A stretch of DNA of 64,000 nt from Thermodesulfovibrionales bacterium (GTDB lineage Bacteria; Nitrospirota; Thermodesulfovibrionia; Thermodesulfovibrionales; UBA6898), in NCBI GenBank assembly GCA_044450345.1, contig JBIOIY010000006.1, forward strand, positions 1-64,000, in the 5' to 3' direction. Of this stretch, positions 48,916 to 58,182 are shown in pieces. Every line of letters starts with the position of its first letter. Position 1 is the first letter of the stretch. The notes beneath the pieces are model-generated. The model did not search any database. It saw only the letters and a program-made list of their open reading frames with translations, and was not told the DNA's origin. A program made the position numbers and the translations under genes.

Positions 48916-49863
48916 ATGACCGAATCTGAAGAAATATACGATGTAGTTATCATAGGCGGTGGTCCAGGCGGACTTTCCGCGGCGCAATATGCTTCCAGGT
49001 CGAGACTCAGAACGATAGTCCTCGACAAGTCAGCCACGGCAGGGGCACTTGCATATACCAGTCACATAGAGAACTATCCGGGACTTTTATCCCCGATATC
49101 CGGCAAAGAGCTTCTCGACATCTTCCGCCGGCAGGCTATCAATTTCGGGACAGAGTACATTGAAACGCAGGTTGTCGGGGTAAAACTCGACTCTGATGTC
49201 AAAGAAGTCTTCACCATGGAACAGAGCTACCGAGGGAAGGCGGTAATCATCGCAACAGGCTCAATGGGGCGGAAGGCCACCATAAAAGGAGAGGCCGACT
49301 TCCTCGGCAAAGGGGTAAGTTACTGCGCCGTCTGCGACGCCGCATTCTATAAGGGCAAAACAGTATGCGTCATCGGCAACTCGGAGGAGGCGGTAAAAGA
49401 AGCGGGGTACTTAACGAGGTTTGCCGAAATTGTCTATCTGATTTCACCAACCCCAAAACTCAAGATCGAAAGCCATCCCTCGCTTGCAGCAGAAAATCTC
49501 AAGGTCATACCGGAAAGTTCCGTAATCGCTATCGAGGGCAGCGAGACCGTCGAAAAGATCAGGGTCGTCGGTCCCGATAGACAAGAGAAGGAAATCCCGC
49601 TGTCAGGCGTCTTCGTGTATATCCATGGCAGCAGGCCGATAGTTGACTTCCTTTACGGGTCCCTTGAACTGACCGAAACGGAATGCATCGAGACAAGCCG
49701 TATGATGGAAACGTCCATGCCGGGAGTTTTCGCAGTTGGCGACGTGACCTGCACTGAGGTAAGACAGGTAGTGATCGCTGCTGCCAACGGCTGCCTCGCA
49801 GCACTCTCGGCTGAAAAATATATCCACCACCGGTCGAGACTCAAGTCTGACTGGGGGAAATAG
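48916..49863 (+). CDS. Flavin thioredoxin reductase, DTR/ferredoxin-dependent type
   Basis: GGGPGG FAD motif, CAVC, AVGD; NADPH motifs replaced (GNSEEA, SPTPK); C-terminal DWGK. Confidence 0.85.
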   Translation: MTESEEIYDVVIIGGGPGGLSAAQYASRSRLRTIVLDKSATAGALAYTSHIENYPGLLSPISGKELLDIFRRQAINFGTEYIETQVVGVKLDSDVKEVFTMEQSYRGKAVIIATGSMGRKATIKGEADFLGKGVSYCAVCDAAFYKGKTVCVIGNSEEAVKEAGYLTRFAEIVYLISPTPKLKIESHPSLAAENLKVIPESSVIAIEGSETVEKIRVVGPDRQEKEIPLSGVFVYIHGSRPIVDFLYGSLELTETECIETSRMMETSMPGVFAVGDVTCTEVRQVVIAAANGCLAALSAEKYIHHRSRLKSDWGK

Positions 49864-49873
49864 GGTTCCCGGC

Positions 49874-50413
49874 TCAGAACCAATATTCCGGGTATTTTCT
49901 GGACTTTGAGAGATTATTCACGACGAGTGCAATGAGCAAGAGGAGAACGGCGCCGAGACCTGCGGGAACAAGTGCATAGAGGAAGCCCAGGTCATGCACC
50001 TTTTTCCCGCCTATGACCGCTATCAAGGCAGTTGCACCGCCGGGCGGATGGAGCGTCTTCGTGCACAGCATCACCACAATAGAGAGGGAGACCGACATCG
50101 CAGAGGCTATCCAAAGCGTATCTCCGAAGAATTTATAGCATACGACTCCGACAAGTCCTGAAAGGATATGCCCCCCGAGGAGATTTCTCGGCTGCGCAAG
50201 GGGGCTCTTTATTGCGGCATAAACAAGGACGGCAGAAGCACCGAAGGAACCTATTATCAGACTCATATCCCTCGGTTCAAAATATTTTGCAGAAATATAT
50301 CCACATAATGCTATCCCCACTGAGGAGCCGAGCCATGCCCACAGTATTTCGGTCATTCCGACGCCGGGAGGGCTCTTTGCCCCGCCTTTTATCTTCACAA
50401 AGAAGCCTGTCAT
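49874..50413 (-). CDS. HPP-family membrane protein
   Basis: SFGASAVL, SPLAQPRN, HPPGGA. Confidence 0.92.
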   Translation of the reverse strand: MTGFFVKIKGGAKSPPGVGMTEILWAWLGSSVGIALCGYISAKYFEPRDMSLIIGSFGASAVLVYAAIKSPLAQPRNLLGGHILSGLVGVVCYKFFGDTLWIASAMSVSLSIVVMLCTKTLHPPGGATALIAVIGGKKVHDLGFLYALVPAGLGAVLLLLIALVVNNLSKSRKYPEYWF

Positions 50414-50994
50414 TTTTTTGCGACCGCCCTCACGATATCGGTCCTTGAGACGATGCCGACCAGCACGCCCCTGGAGTCTACCACGGGAAGTCTCTTGATC
50501 CTTCGTTCTTCCAATATTCCTGCGATCTCCAGTATGAGTGCGTCGGGTGTGGTCGATATAGCGGGAGATGACATAACTTGCCTAACGGTATTTCCGGCCT
50601 TGTTTCCCGGCACAGACTCACCAAGCAGGCGCGCCACGATATCCTTGAAGGTGTGCCCCCTTTTCATCCCCATGACAGAGAGGATGTCGGCCTCTGTGAT
50701 TACACCTAGGACACGATTTTCCTTATCTACGACTGGCAATCCGCTCACCCTGTGACCTGAAAGGAGCATTATCGCCTCTTCGATATCGGCATCCTCATTT
50801 ACAGCCACCGCCTCGATCGTCATCACTTCGGACACCTTCCTATGAAGGGCCGGCCTCTCCTTCGCATGCCGGAGGGCGAGAGAATAGATCTTGAGGAGAT
50901 CTTCTTCGGTCACATCGACATACGTCTTCATATCGCTGAGGGCCGCCCTCAGATCCTCTCCGGAAATCTCTGATTCCTCTGTCCTATCGTCCAT
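50410..50994 (-). CDS. CBS-pair protein
   Basis: VSGLPVVD...GVITEADI and IKRLPVVD...GIVSRTDI; start uncertain (GTG at 51009 possible). Confidence 0.9.
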   Translation of the reverse strand: MDDRTEESEISGEDLRAALSDMKTYVDVTEEDLLKIYSLALRHAKERPALHRKVSEVMTIEAVAVNEDADIEEAIMLLSGHRVSGLPVVDKENRVLGVITEADILSVMGMKRGHTFKDIVARLLGESVPGNKAGNTVRQVMSSPAISTTPDALILEIAGILEERRIKRLPVVDSRGVLVGIVSRTDIVRAVAKK

Positions 50995-51074
50995 AGCCCA
51001 AATGCTCACTCCGAAACTGCGGCATGACCAAAAAACGTCTATGTTTTAGCTTAGTACAAAACTCAGGCTAAGGA

Positions 51075-51090
51075 TATGACGTGCATCATA
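51075..51090 (-). promoter_or_regulatory. CRP/FNR-family-like palindrome TATGA-N6-TCATA
   Basis: TATGAcgtgcaTCATA, centred at -41.5 if minus-strand TAAGCT (51053-51048) is the -10. Confidence 0.6.
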
Positions 51091-51099
51091 CGGAGCAGA

Positions 51100-51133
51100 T
51101 AAAAAAAGGGCGATGGAAATTCCATCGCCCTTT
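51100..51133 (-). terminator. Intrinsic terminator of dsrTMKJOP-ferredoxin
   Basis: GGGCGATGGA/TCCATCGCCC stem followed by a T-run on the minus strand. Confidence 0.85.
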
Positions 51134-51155
51134 CAAAAAATTAGAGATTCTTTTC

Positions 51156-51341
51156 TTACATTTCAGTAAGAGTGACCGCGCTCGTTGAGCATACACTAGT
51201 ACAGGTCTCGCAGCCTTCGCAGAGATCAGCCTGCTCAGCAAATGCCTTTCCGTCCTTCATTACAAAAACACTGACAGGACAGTTATTTACACACTCTTCG
51301 CAAGCCTCGCATTTTGATGCGTCCACAGAAACTTGATACAT
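51156..51341 (-). CDS. 2x[4Fe-4S] ferredoxin
   Basis: CEACEECVNNCP and CEGCETCTSVC; AAGGAGG SD. Confidence 0.93.
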   Translation of the reverse strand: MYQVSVDASKCEACEECVNNCPVSVFVMKDGKAFAEQADLCEGCETCTSVCSTSAVTLTEM

Positions 51342-51423
51342 GATACAATCCTCCTTTAAGTCATTAGCCAGAGAGTTCTGGTTTTTCTAATTATAAATAA
51401 TTTTCTTTATAAAATCCAGTAAT

Positions 51424-52587
51424 TTATTCGTGGTATCCGCCTTCTTCCCTGACAGAGATAGCAACCTTATAGAGTACGGTCAGGACCAGGAACCCGATCG
51501 CCCAGACACCGAGCGTAATCATCGCCTCAGGCGCGGTCGGCCAATACTCCGTGATGCCCTCGAACATGTTGGGCACAAACCCGCCGATGACCAACCCAAA
51601 CCCTTTATCTATCCAGAGAGAGATGAAAAGTGATGCGCAGGCAACTGCAAGCAGGTTTTCGTTCTTGCGGAAACCGGGGAAAACCAGAAGAAACAGCGCG
51701 ACCACCGCAAGGATACTGGAAGTCCACATGATCGGCACGAGTTTATCATGCCCTTCAATCCCGGCATAGAGGTACCTGAAGGGACTAATGTGACCGGGGA
51801 TATTGCTATAGAAAGCAGTAAAGAACTCGAGCCCAAGGAGAAACACGTTGGCGAACATGGCATACGTTACGATCTTTCCGAGCGCCTGGATCGGCTCCTG
51901 TCCCGGATCGAATTTCGTCAGCTTTCTGACGAGAAGGGCCAGGATGATCAGCAGCGCCGGGCCTCCGGCAAAAGCGGATGCGAGAAACCGGGCTGCCATC
52001 ACGGCCGTCAGCCAGAAATGCCTGCCGGGGATACCCGCATACAGGAAGGCCGTAACCGTATGGATACTGACCGCCCACGGTACCGAAAGATAGATAAGGG
52101 GCTTTACCCATTGGGGCGGATGCACTCCTTTGCTGTCTGCGGCCAGCGTAGTCCAACCGATCACGATATTCAGCACGAGGTAGCCCATTAACACAACGCT
52201 ATCCCAGAACATAACCGAGTTTGGTGTGGGATGAAGAATAACGTTTGTTATCCTCATCGGCTGTCCCATGTCGACAAAGATAAAGAGGATGCACATGATC
52301 ACGGCCGAGACTGCGAGGAATTCACCCAATATAACTATCTTCCCGAATTTCTTGAAATCATGGAGATAGTACGGAATGACGAGCATCACCGCAGAGGCGG
52401 CAACCCCGACCAGAAAGGTGAACTGGCCGATATAGAGTCCCCAAGACACGTCGCGGCTCAGTCCGGTGATACCCAGACCATAGCTGAACTGTCTGAGGTA
52501 CTGGGTCATGGCTATGCCGATGACTACCAGCAACACGCCTATCCACAGCCAATATCGTTTACTTCCAATAAGAGCTTTCTCGAGCAT
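51424..52587 (-). CDS. dsrP: DsrP (NrfD/PsrC-family membrane subunit)
   Basis: SWGLYI, VDMGQP, SIHTVTAFL, WIDKG; position after dsrO. Confidence 0.95.
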   Translation of the reverse strand: MLEKALIGSKRYWLWIGVLLVVIGIAMTQYLRQFSYGLGITGLSRDVSWGLYIGQFTFLVGVAASAVMLVIPYYLHDFKKFGKIVILGEFLAVSAVIMCILFIFVDMGQPMRITNVILHPTPNSVMFWDSVVLMGYLVLNIVIGWTTLAADSKGVHPPQWVKPLIYLSVPWAVSIHTVTAFLYAGIPGRHFWLTAVMAARFLASAFAGGPALLIILALLVRKLTKFDPGQEPIQALGKIVTYAMFANVFLLGLEFFTAFYSNIPGHISPFRYLYAGIEGHDKLVPIMWTSSILAVVALFLLVFPGFRKNENLLAVACASLFISLWIDKGFGLVIGGFVPNMFEGITEYWPTAPEAMITLGVWAIGFLVLTVLYKVAISVREEGGYHE

Positions 52588-53381
52588 TATTCCTTACCTC
52601 CTATCACGTAGTAAATACTGGGCTGTGTTCCTAGTTCGGGTTTACGCCTGATCGTATACTTCGACTCTATGATCTTTCTCACCTCGGAATTCGGGTCTCC
52701 GAGATCTCCGAATACGATAGCCCCGTTCGATGCCTCAACACATGCCGGCATCTGCCCGATTGCCAGCCGTTCGTAACACATGGTACATTTCTCGACAACA
52801 CCGATCGTGCGAGTAGGGAACTGCTTGTTTTCCTTCTTGATGAAGGGCCGGGGATCACGGTAGTTGAAGCTCCTCGCCCCAAACGGACAGGCCGCCATAC
52901 AGAACCTGCAGCCGATGCACCGGTGCATATCCATCATCACTATTCCGTCTTTGCGCTTAAAAGTGGCCTTGGTGGGACACACCCTGACACACGGCGGCTG
53001 TTCGCAATGGTTGCATAAAAGAAGGAAATTCTTCTCCTTCATCTCCTTGTTCATATACTCGTCTTCCGTGGATGTGGGGAACGTACGCTCGTAGTTGTCC
53101 TTCCAGATCCACTTCACCTCGTCTTTGGGATTGCCGATGTCGGGCACGTTGTGGATGCTGTGGCAGGCGTCGACGCACTTCTGATAATCTTCAGGCGTCC
53201 TCAACTTGCTCACGTCGATGACAAAACCCCATCGTTTGGCCGTAAGGGACCTGGGATCAGGATGCGTCTGTGTCGCCTCCAATATCTTTCCTCCCATGCC
53301 GTTAAGGACAGCGGGGCCGCCGATCCCGAGCACGGTCGAAACTCCGGCTAGTTTTAAAAATTGTCTTCTATTTATGCTCAT
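52587..53381 (-). CDS. dsrO: DsrO periplasmic iron-sulfur subunit
   Basis: Tat signal NRRQFLK, CNHCEQPPCVRVCP, CIGCRFCMAACP, EKCTMC. Confidence 0.95.
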   Translation of the reverse strand: MSINRRQFLKLAGVSTVLGIGGPAVLNGMGGKILEATQTHPDPRSLTAKRWGFVIDVSKLRTPEDYQKCVDACHSIHNVPDIGNPKDEVKWIWKDNYERTFPTSTEDEYMNKEMKEKNFLLLCNHCEQPPCVRVCPTKATFKRKDGIVMMDMHRCIGCRFCMAACPFGARSFNYRDPRPFIKKENKQFPTRTIGVVEKCTMCYERLAIGQMPACVEASNGAIVFGDLGDPNSEVRKIIESKYTIRRKPELGTQPSIYYVIGGKE

Positions 53382-53788
53382 GACTCTTTCTCCTTCGGTG
53401 CGATGTGGCAACTGAAGCAGTATGGGTTCACCCCGATATAATTGTGGCATTTATCGCAGAACTCTTTTTTATTCGAATGGCAGTTCAAGCATGTGTTCTG
53501 AAGACTCATGGTGAAACTCTTGCCTCCGGAATTCACATAGATACGATCGCCGTTCCGGACGACCGAGTCACGCCACTGGTTGATCATCTGCATATGTTCC
53601 GCCCTCATAAACGCCTTGGGTTCAACACATTCCTTCTTGCCATGCTCTTTTTCCCATTGGAGTATCGCCGGCGTGTCGAACTTCAGCTCGGGCTTTGCAT
53701 TGGCCTTGCCGAGGTTATAATAAAAGGGGAACGCGAAGATTGCCACGAAGGCAATCACCACCCCGATGACTATTTTTCCTGAGTTCAT
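53378..53788 (-). CDS. dsrJ: DsrJ triheme cytochrome c
   Basis: Three CxxCH motifs plus CVE...MRAEHM. Confidence 0.95.
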   Translation of the reverse strand: MNSGKIVIGVVIAFVAIFAFPFYYNLGKANAKPELKFDTPAILQWEKEHGKKECVEPKAFMRAEHMQMINQWRDSVVRNGDRIYVNSGGKSFTMSLQNTCLNCHSNKKEFCDKCHNYIGVNPYCFSCHIAPKEKES

Positions 53789-53789
53789 C

Positions 53790-55409
53790 TCAGTTGCCCT
53801 CCTTTCCCGGCAGGGGATCACCGCGTAAGTTGGTCTCCCTCTCCTTTTCGCCTTTCATAATCAGGGCATTGGCAACCATTTCGTGTATGCCCGTGACCCG
53901 CACACCCGGGACCCAGTAATCCATGGAGGCCGAAAGCGTGGCCCTGTCTATCGCACAGATATTCGCAAGCATATTGACGCCATGCTTGTCCTTGACGTGC
54001 TTCACTGCATTGGCCCTCGGGAATCCGCCTCTCATCCTGAGTTCCATATTTTCACTTGCGTTGAGGCCCGTACCACTGCCGCAGCAGAACGTCTGCTCCC
54101 TGATGGTATTCTCAGGCATCTCATGGAAGTGGTTGCAGACGTTCCTGATAATATAGCGCGGCTCTTCCAGAAGCCCCATTCCCCTTGCGGTATTGCAGGA
54201 ATCATGGTATGTCACCACGAGGTCATCGTTCCTCGAAGGGTCGAGTTTCAGTTTGCCGTGTTTGATAAGGTCTGCCGTGAACTCAGCGACATGGATCATC
54301 TTGGTTGACCTGGCATTTTCAAACTTAGTCCCGGTTATAGGGGAAACCGGCACCTCCATGAAATCGGTCGGGCCATTCCAGGTATCCATATATTGATGAA
54401 GGACACGCCACATATGTCCGCACTCCCCGCCGATGATATATTTCACGCCAAGCCGTTTGGCCTCGGCGTATATTTTTGAGTTGAGCCTTTTAGCCATATC
54501 ATTAGACGTGAAGAAGCCGAAATTGCCGCCTTCGGATGCATAGGTAGACCACGTGTAGTCAAGACCAAGTTCGTGAAAGAGTGCGAGGTAGCCCATGCAG
54601 GTGAAGGTGCCGGGATCGGCAAAGAGGTCGCCCGAGGGGGTAACAAAGAGTATCTCTGCGCCCTTCCGGTTGAAAGAGGGGTTCACCCTGACCCCAGTGA
54701 CGGTCTCTATGTCGTCGATCATGCCCTCGATGCTGTTCATGATGGCGTGGGGCTCGAGACCCAGGTGATTGCCCTTCATATAACAGTTGGCCACAGGCCC
54801 TGATATCCAGTCAGTATTCAATCCAAGCAGGTTCAGAAGCTCCCTGCACATTATCGTTATCTCAGCGGTATCAATACCGTAGGGACAGTAGAGCGAACAG
54901 CGGCGGCACTCGGTGCACTGGTATGCATAGTACCAAAGCTCTTTCAGCACATCGACGGTCAGTTCCCTGGCGCCCGCGGTCTTTCCGAGGATCTTTCCTG
55001 ATGTTGTGAAATATTTCCTGTAGACCGACCTTAGGAGTTCAGCCCTCCCCACGGGCATGTTTTTGGGGTCCCCCGAGCCGATGAAGAAGTGGCACTTGTC
55101 GGCGCATGCACCGCACCTGACACAGATGTCCATGAAGACTTTGAAGGAACGGTATTTACTAAGGAGGTCCTGCATCCCTTTTAAGAATATCTCCTGCCAG
55201 TTCTCCGGGAGTTTCCAGTCCTCATCGGACGGGTTCCAGTCCCTCGCGTTTGGGAACTCTACGGTAGCGAGGTTCTTTCCCTTTGCGCCCCAGCAGAATG
55301 TCCCCGGTTTTATTACCGTCGGGGTGTCCATCCACTCGGTCTTGGGCGGGGTAAAATCTATAGAAGTTACCAGTTCAGCGGGTTTTGGAGTAGTTACTTT
55401 TGTCGCCAT
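53790..55409 (-). CDS. dsrK: DsrK (HdrD-like) subunit
   Basis: CVRCGACADKC, CTECRRCSLYCP, GECGH, HDSC, CCGSG. Confidence 0.96.
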   Translation of the reverse strand: MATKVTTPKPAELVTSIDFTPPKTEWMDTPTVIKPGTFCWGAKGKNLATVEFPNARDWNPSDEDWKLPENWQEIFLKGMQDLLSKYRSFKVFMDICVRCGACADKCHFFIGSGDPKNMPVGRAELLRSVYRKYFTTSGKILGKTAGARELTVDVLKELWYYAYQCTECRRCSLYCPYGIDTAEITIMCRELLNLLGLNTDWISGPVANCYMKGNHLGLEPHAIMNSIEGMIDDIETVTGVRVNPSFNRKGAEILFVTPSGDLFADPGTFTCMGYLALFHELGLDYTWSTYASEGGNFGFFTSNDMAKRLNSKIYAEAKRLGVKYIIGGECGHMWRVLHQYMDTWNGPTDFMEVPVSPITGTKFENARSTKMIHVAEFTADLIKHGKLKLDPSRNDDLVVTYHDSCNTARGMGLLEEPRYIIRNVCNHFHEMPENTIREQTFCCGSGTGLNASENMELRMRGGFPRANAVKHVKDKHGVNMLANICAIDRATLSASMDYWVPGVRVTGIHEMVANALIMKGEKERETNLRGDPLPGKEGN

Positions 55410-55411
55410 TT

Positions 55412-56404
55412 TCACTCCTTCTCGACCGGCAGACCGGCCTTTTTCATTTTTTCTCTGAAGTCGTTTTCATACTCTTCATAAGTATGGACATGCACCGGAT
55501 GGTTCCACGGGTTGATGTGTCTTACCTCCCTGCTGTTGTTGGCCATGTTCCTCGTCGGGCTGAGGAAAACACCGCCCATGTGCATGAGCTTGCTCATAGG
55601 GAAGTAGGCAAGCAGGGTGCTGACGAGGAAGAGGTGGATATAAAAGACAGGGCTGATGCCTTCCGGGATCGTCGGACTAAAAGAGAGAAGCCCCATCACA
55701 AGTTCTTTTACGCCCACTACGTGCACCTTGGTAAAATACCGCATAAAAATGCCCGAGATGGCGATACCGAGTATGAGAAACAGGGGGAAATAATCAGCAG
55801 GAAGGGATATATACTTTATCTGGGGCATTAAGACTCTTCTTAAAAACAGAAACGTCACCGCCCCCACAAGGACAACGTCTGTCATATAGAGCAGCGGGGC
55901 GCCGATTTGCAAGAAACTGTCCAGCCCCTCTATCGTCTTTATGACGAATGGTACATCCAGCATGAAGAACCTAAAATGTCTTACAAAGATAATAAGAAAC
56001 GACCAGTGGAACGCGAGCCCCGCGAGCCAGAGGAACTTCTCTGACCCGTAGGCGAGCTTAGTGCCGGGATAGAGCTGCGTCTTCGTGTTCCTGAAAAGAG
56101 AACGGAAAAAGAACACTTCGAGCACCATTCTCACAAACACAGCCCCGGGCGTCGACGGGTTGTCGATCTTATTCGCCTTGATCCAGGGCGCGAAGGACTT
56201 CATCTGCCCGGCAGTAGTCGGGATGCGGTAAGGCACCGGCGAGTTTCCCCACTTAAACACTCGGACCACAAATCCTATGATGAAGATCGCAACGGCAATA
56301 TATGGGATAATAATCCCGAACACGGACTGGAGGTTCGCCTGCACCCCCACAAATGCGATCACGACAAGCGCTATGACGGTAAATAAGGGCAGCAAGATTT
56401 TCAT
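55412..56404 (-). CDS. dsrM: DsrM membrane cytochrome b
   Basis: FFRSLFRN, FH...RH, H...FPMSKLMH, SPTRN. Confidence 0.96.
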   Translation of the reverse strand: MKILLPLFTVIALVVIAFVGVQANLQSVFGIIIPYIAVAIFIIGFVVRVFKWGNSPVPYRIPTTAGQMKSFAPWIKANKIDNPSTPGAVFVRMVLEVFFFRSLFRNTKTQLYPGTKLAYGSEKFLWLAGLAFHWSFLIIFVRHFRFFMLDVPFVIKTIEGLDSFLQIGAPLLYMTDVVLVGAVTFLFLRRVLMPQIKYISLPADYFPLFLILGIAISGIFMRYFTKVHVVGVKELVMGLLSFSPTIPEGISPVFYIHLFLVSTLLAYFPMSKLMHMGGVFLSPTRNMANNSREVRHINPWNHPVHVHTYEEYENDFREKMKKAGLPVEKE

Positions 56405-56442
56405 TGAGTTACCTCTTTTTCTTTTGCGTTATCATCATTGCT

Positions 56443-56970
56443 TTAGGTGAGACCGTCTTTTTTATCCTCGCCCTCACCAATATCGTTAACTCTCTGCAAT
56501 AACCTGAAGGTCATATTCCTCAATTCGTTTGCCTTGATATCGTATAGCTTCTCACGGCACTTCATAAACAGGTCGAACGAGGAAAGCGCCAGGGCATCGA
56601 TTCCGGCCTCAAGCGAAAGAACCTCCTCATAAGGGATGTTTCCCTGGAAACTCTGTCTAAGCTCCTCCCGTATCACCTTCTTCAGGGAGAAGATAAAGGA
56701 AATCGCCTTGGACGGCGAGAAATCCTGGACAGCCCTGACCCTGATAATGTCGTCCAGAAATTCGAAAAGATCGCCGGAAACCGGACTGATCAGCTCGTCA
56801 AAGATTTTTTCTATCCCCTGATAAATGGTATGCCCTACAGGATTGGCAAAGGGATTCTTTTGGTTTCTCAGGAAAGTTGAAGTATCAGCTGGATACGTTT
56901 CCAGTACAAGATCGAACCACTTCTTAAGGATATCGGCTCTTTTCTCAGAGAGGAACTTCTCAAGTGTCAT
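56443..56970 (-). CDS. dsrT: DsrT (RsbRD N-terminal-like)
   Basis: FANPVG, IIRVRAVQDFSPSKA, CREKLY; directly upstream of dsrM. Confidence 0.9.
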   Translation of the reverse strand: MTLEKFLSEKRADILKKWFDLVLETYPADTSTFLRNQKNPFANPVGHTIYQGIEKIFDELISPVSGDLFEFLDDIIRVRAVQDFSPSKAISFIFSLKKVIREELRQSFQGNIPYEEVLSLEAGIDALALSSFDLFMKCREKLYDIKANELRNMTFRLLQRVNDIGEGEDKKDGLT

Positions 56971-57097
56971 ACGATGTGAACGCCGCTCCTGAGGATTTCG
57001 AAACTATCGTATCCCTTGTAAGAGCACTTTCCCGGTGTCTTGTCAAATGTCGAGTGTCGTACCTTCTCTTTCATCGTTATCAATTGAGACAGAACGT

Positions 57098-57173
57098 TTC
57101 TCCCCTCATCCGACCCTCGGGGTCTCGACGAGTGAGAGAACGGCACCCCACCGGGTTAACGATGGAGTGCCGC
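57098..57173 (-). other. Two tandem strong hairpins 3' of dsrC
   Basis: 14-bp stem GCGGCACTCCATCG/CGGTGGGGTGCCGT (3 G-U pairs), then a long bulged stem TTCTCTC...GACC/GGTC...GGGAGAA. Confidence 0.65.
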
Positions 57174-57196
57174 GTCAAATACTGCTTACACAAGAA

Positions 57197-57532
57197 CTAT
57201 ACGCAGCCAGTAGGTTTCGGAAGGCCAGCATACCTACAAGCCTGTTTTGCGGGTCCGGCCGGATAGAGCTCGTACAGGTATTTTGTATTGCCTTTTTCAG
57301 GCCCCATAGCCTTTCCGATCTCTTTGACAAGGATCTTGATCATCGGAGCTATCTGATACTGCTTGTAATATTCTCTCAGAAAGTTGATGACTTCCCAATG
57401 AGCATCGGTAAGGGCAAGTCCATCTCCCTTAGCCAGTTCTTCGGCCAAATCCTTGGTCCAGTCGTCGAGGTTCAAAAGATAACCATCATCATCAACCTCG
57501 ATCTGTTTTCCTTGAAAATCCATAGTCGGCAT
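57197..57532 (-). CDS. dsrC: DsrC sulfur carrier
   Basis: HWEVINFLREYY, GPAKQACRYAGLPKPTGCV with both C-terminal Cys. Confidence 0.97.
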   Translation of the reverse strand: MPTMDFQGKQIEVDDDGYLLNLDDWTKDLAEELAKGDGLALTDAHWEVINFLREYYKQYQIAPMIKILVKEIGKAMGPEKGNTKYLYELYPAGPAKQACRYAGLPKPTGCV

Positions 57533-57711
57533 TTTTTCTTCCCCCTTTCTTCATTAAATATTAGGTTTCCAAATTTTGAAGGGACCAACTCCCAACAATT
57601 CGAAACAAAAAACTCTCTGTAAACGACACACCTCTGTTCAAAATACCAGAATCAATATAATCTCACAATTATCAAATCGAGCTATAAAAAATAATACAGA
57701 TACCCATGCCC

Positions 57712-57754
57712 GGTCAAATAAAAAAAACTTATCGATCAATCACCTTTATTTATT
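57712..57754 (-). promoter_or_regulatory. Conserved dsr promoter element (copy upstream of dsrC)
   Basis: 34/43 ungapped identity with 63182-63224; ends in -35-like TTGACC. Confidence 0.65.
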
Positions 57755-57825
57755 TCTTTAAAATCCATTGGTTTTTCAATTACTCACCGCTCCGAAACTG
57801 ATCCGTTTGCCAACAAGACAGATGG

Positions 57826-58182
57826 CTACGCCACAGGTTTATTGATGAGAAGAAATAAAAAAACAGGAGAATTTTTCCTGCGTTTCGGGTCTCCACCTAA
57901 CTTGTTACGCCTGCGGTCAAAACCAAGCTCCATAACCGTGTAGTCTTTATCAGGGATAAGGCTCCAGGCCTTGTCCATGTCATCATTACATGCAAGCCCG
58001 AGCGCATCTATATATGCGTCACCAAGACTATGCCCGGTACTGTCATACACATAGACCGCCCCGCATTGGCACTTTCCGCCTTCAAAGGAACTCCCGAACC
58101 TCGCCTTTATTTCGCCGGGAGGATCCAAAGGGCGGCTGCAAAACGGACAATCCAACGATGAACCATTAGCAATTCCTGCCAT
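57826..58182 (-). CDS. Small Cys (CxxC/CxC) zinc-ribbon-like hypothetical protein
   Basis: CPFC...CQCGAVY; abuts the upstream HEAT gene. Confidence 0.8.
   Translation of the reverse strand: MAGIANGSSLDCPFCSRPLDPPGEIKARFGSSFEGGKCQCGAVYVYDSTGHSLGDAYIDALGLACNDDMDKAWSLIPDKDYTVMELGFDRRRNKLGGDPKRRKNSPVFLFLLINKPVA

Noticed and set aside
52587..53381. DsrO lacks the first two Cys of its first Fe-S motif
   Set aside because: Three-cluster DsrO variants are known, so this is not evidence of decay or novelty
57035..57622. 195-aa + strand ORF across dsrC
   Set aside because: Antisense to the well-conserved dsrC and to the hairpin region; no motif
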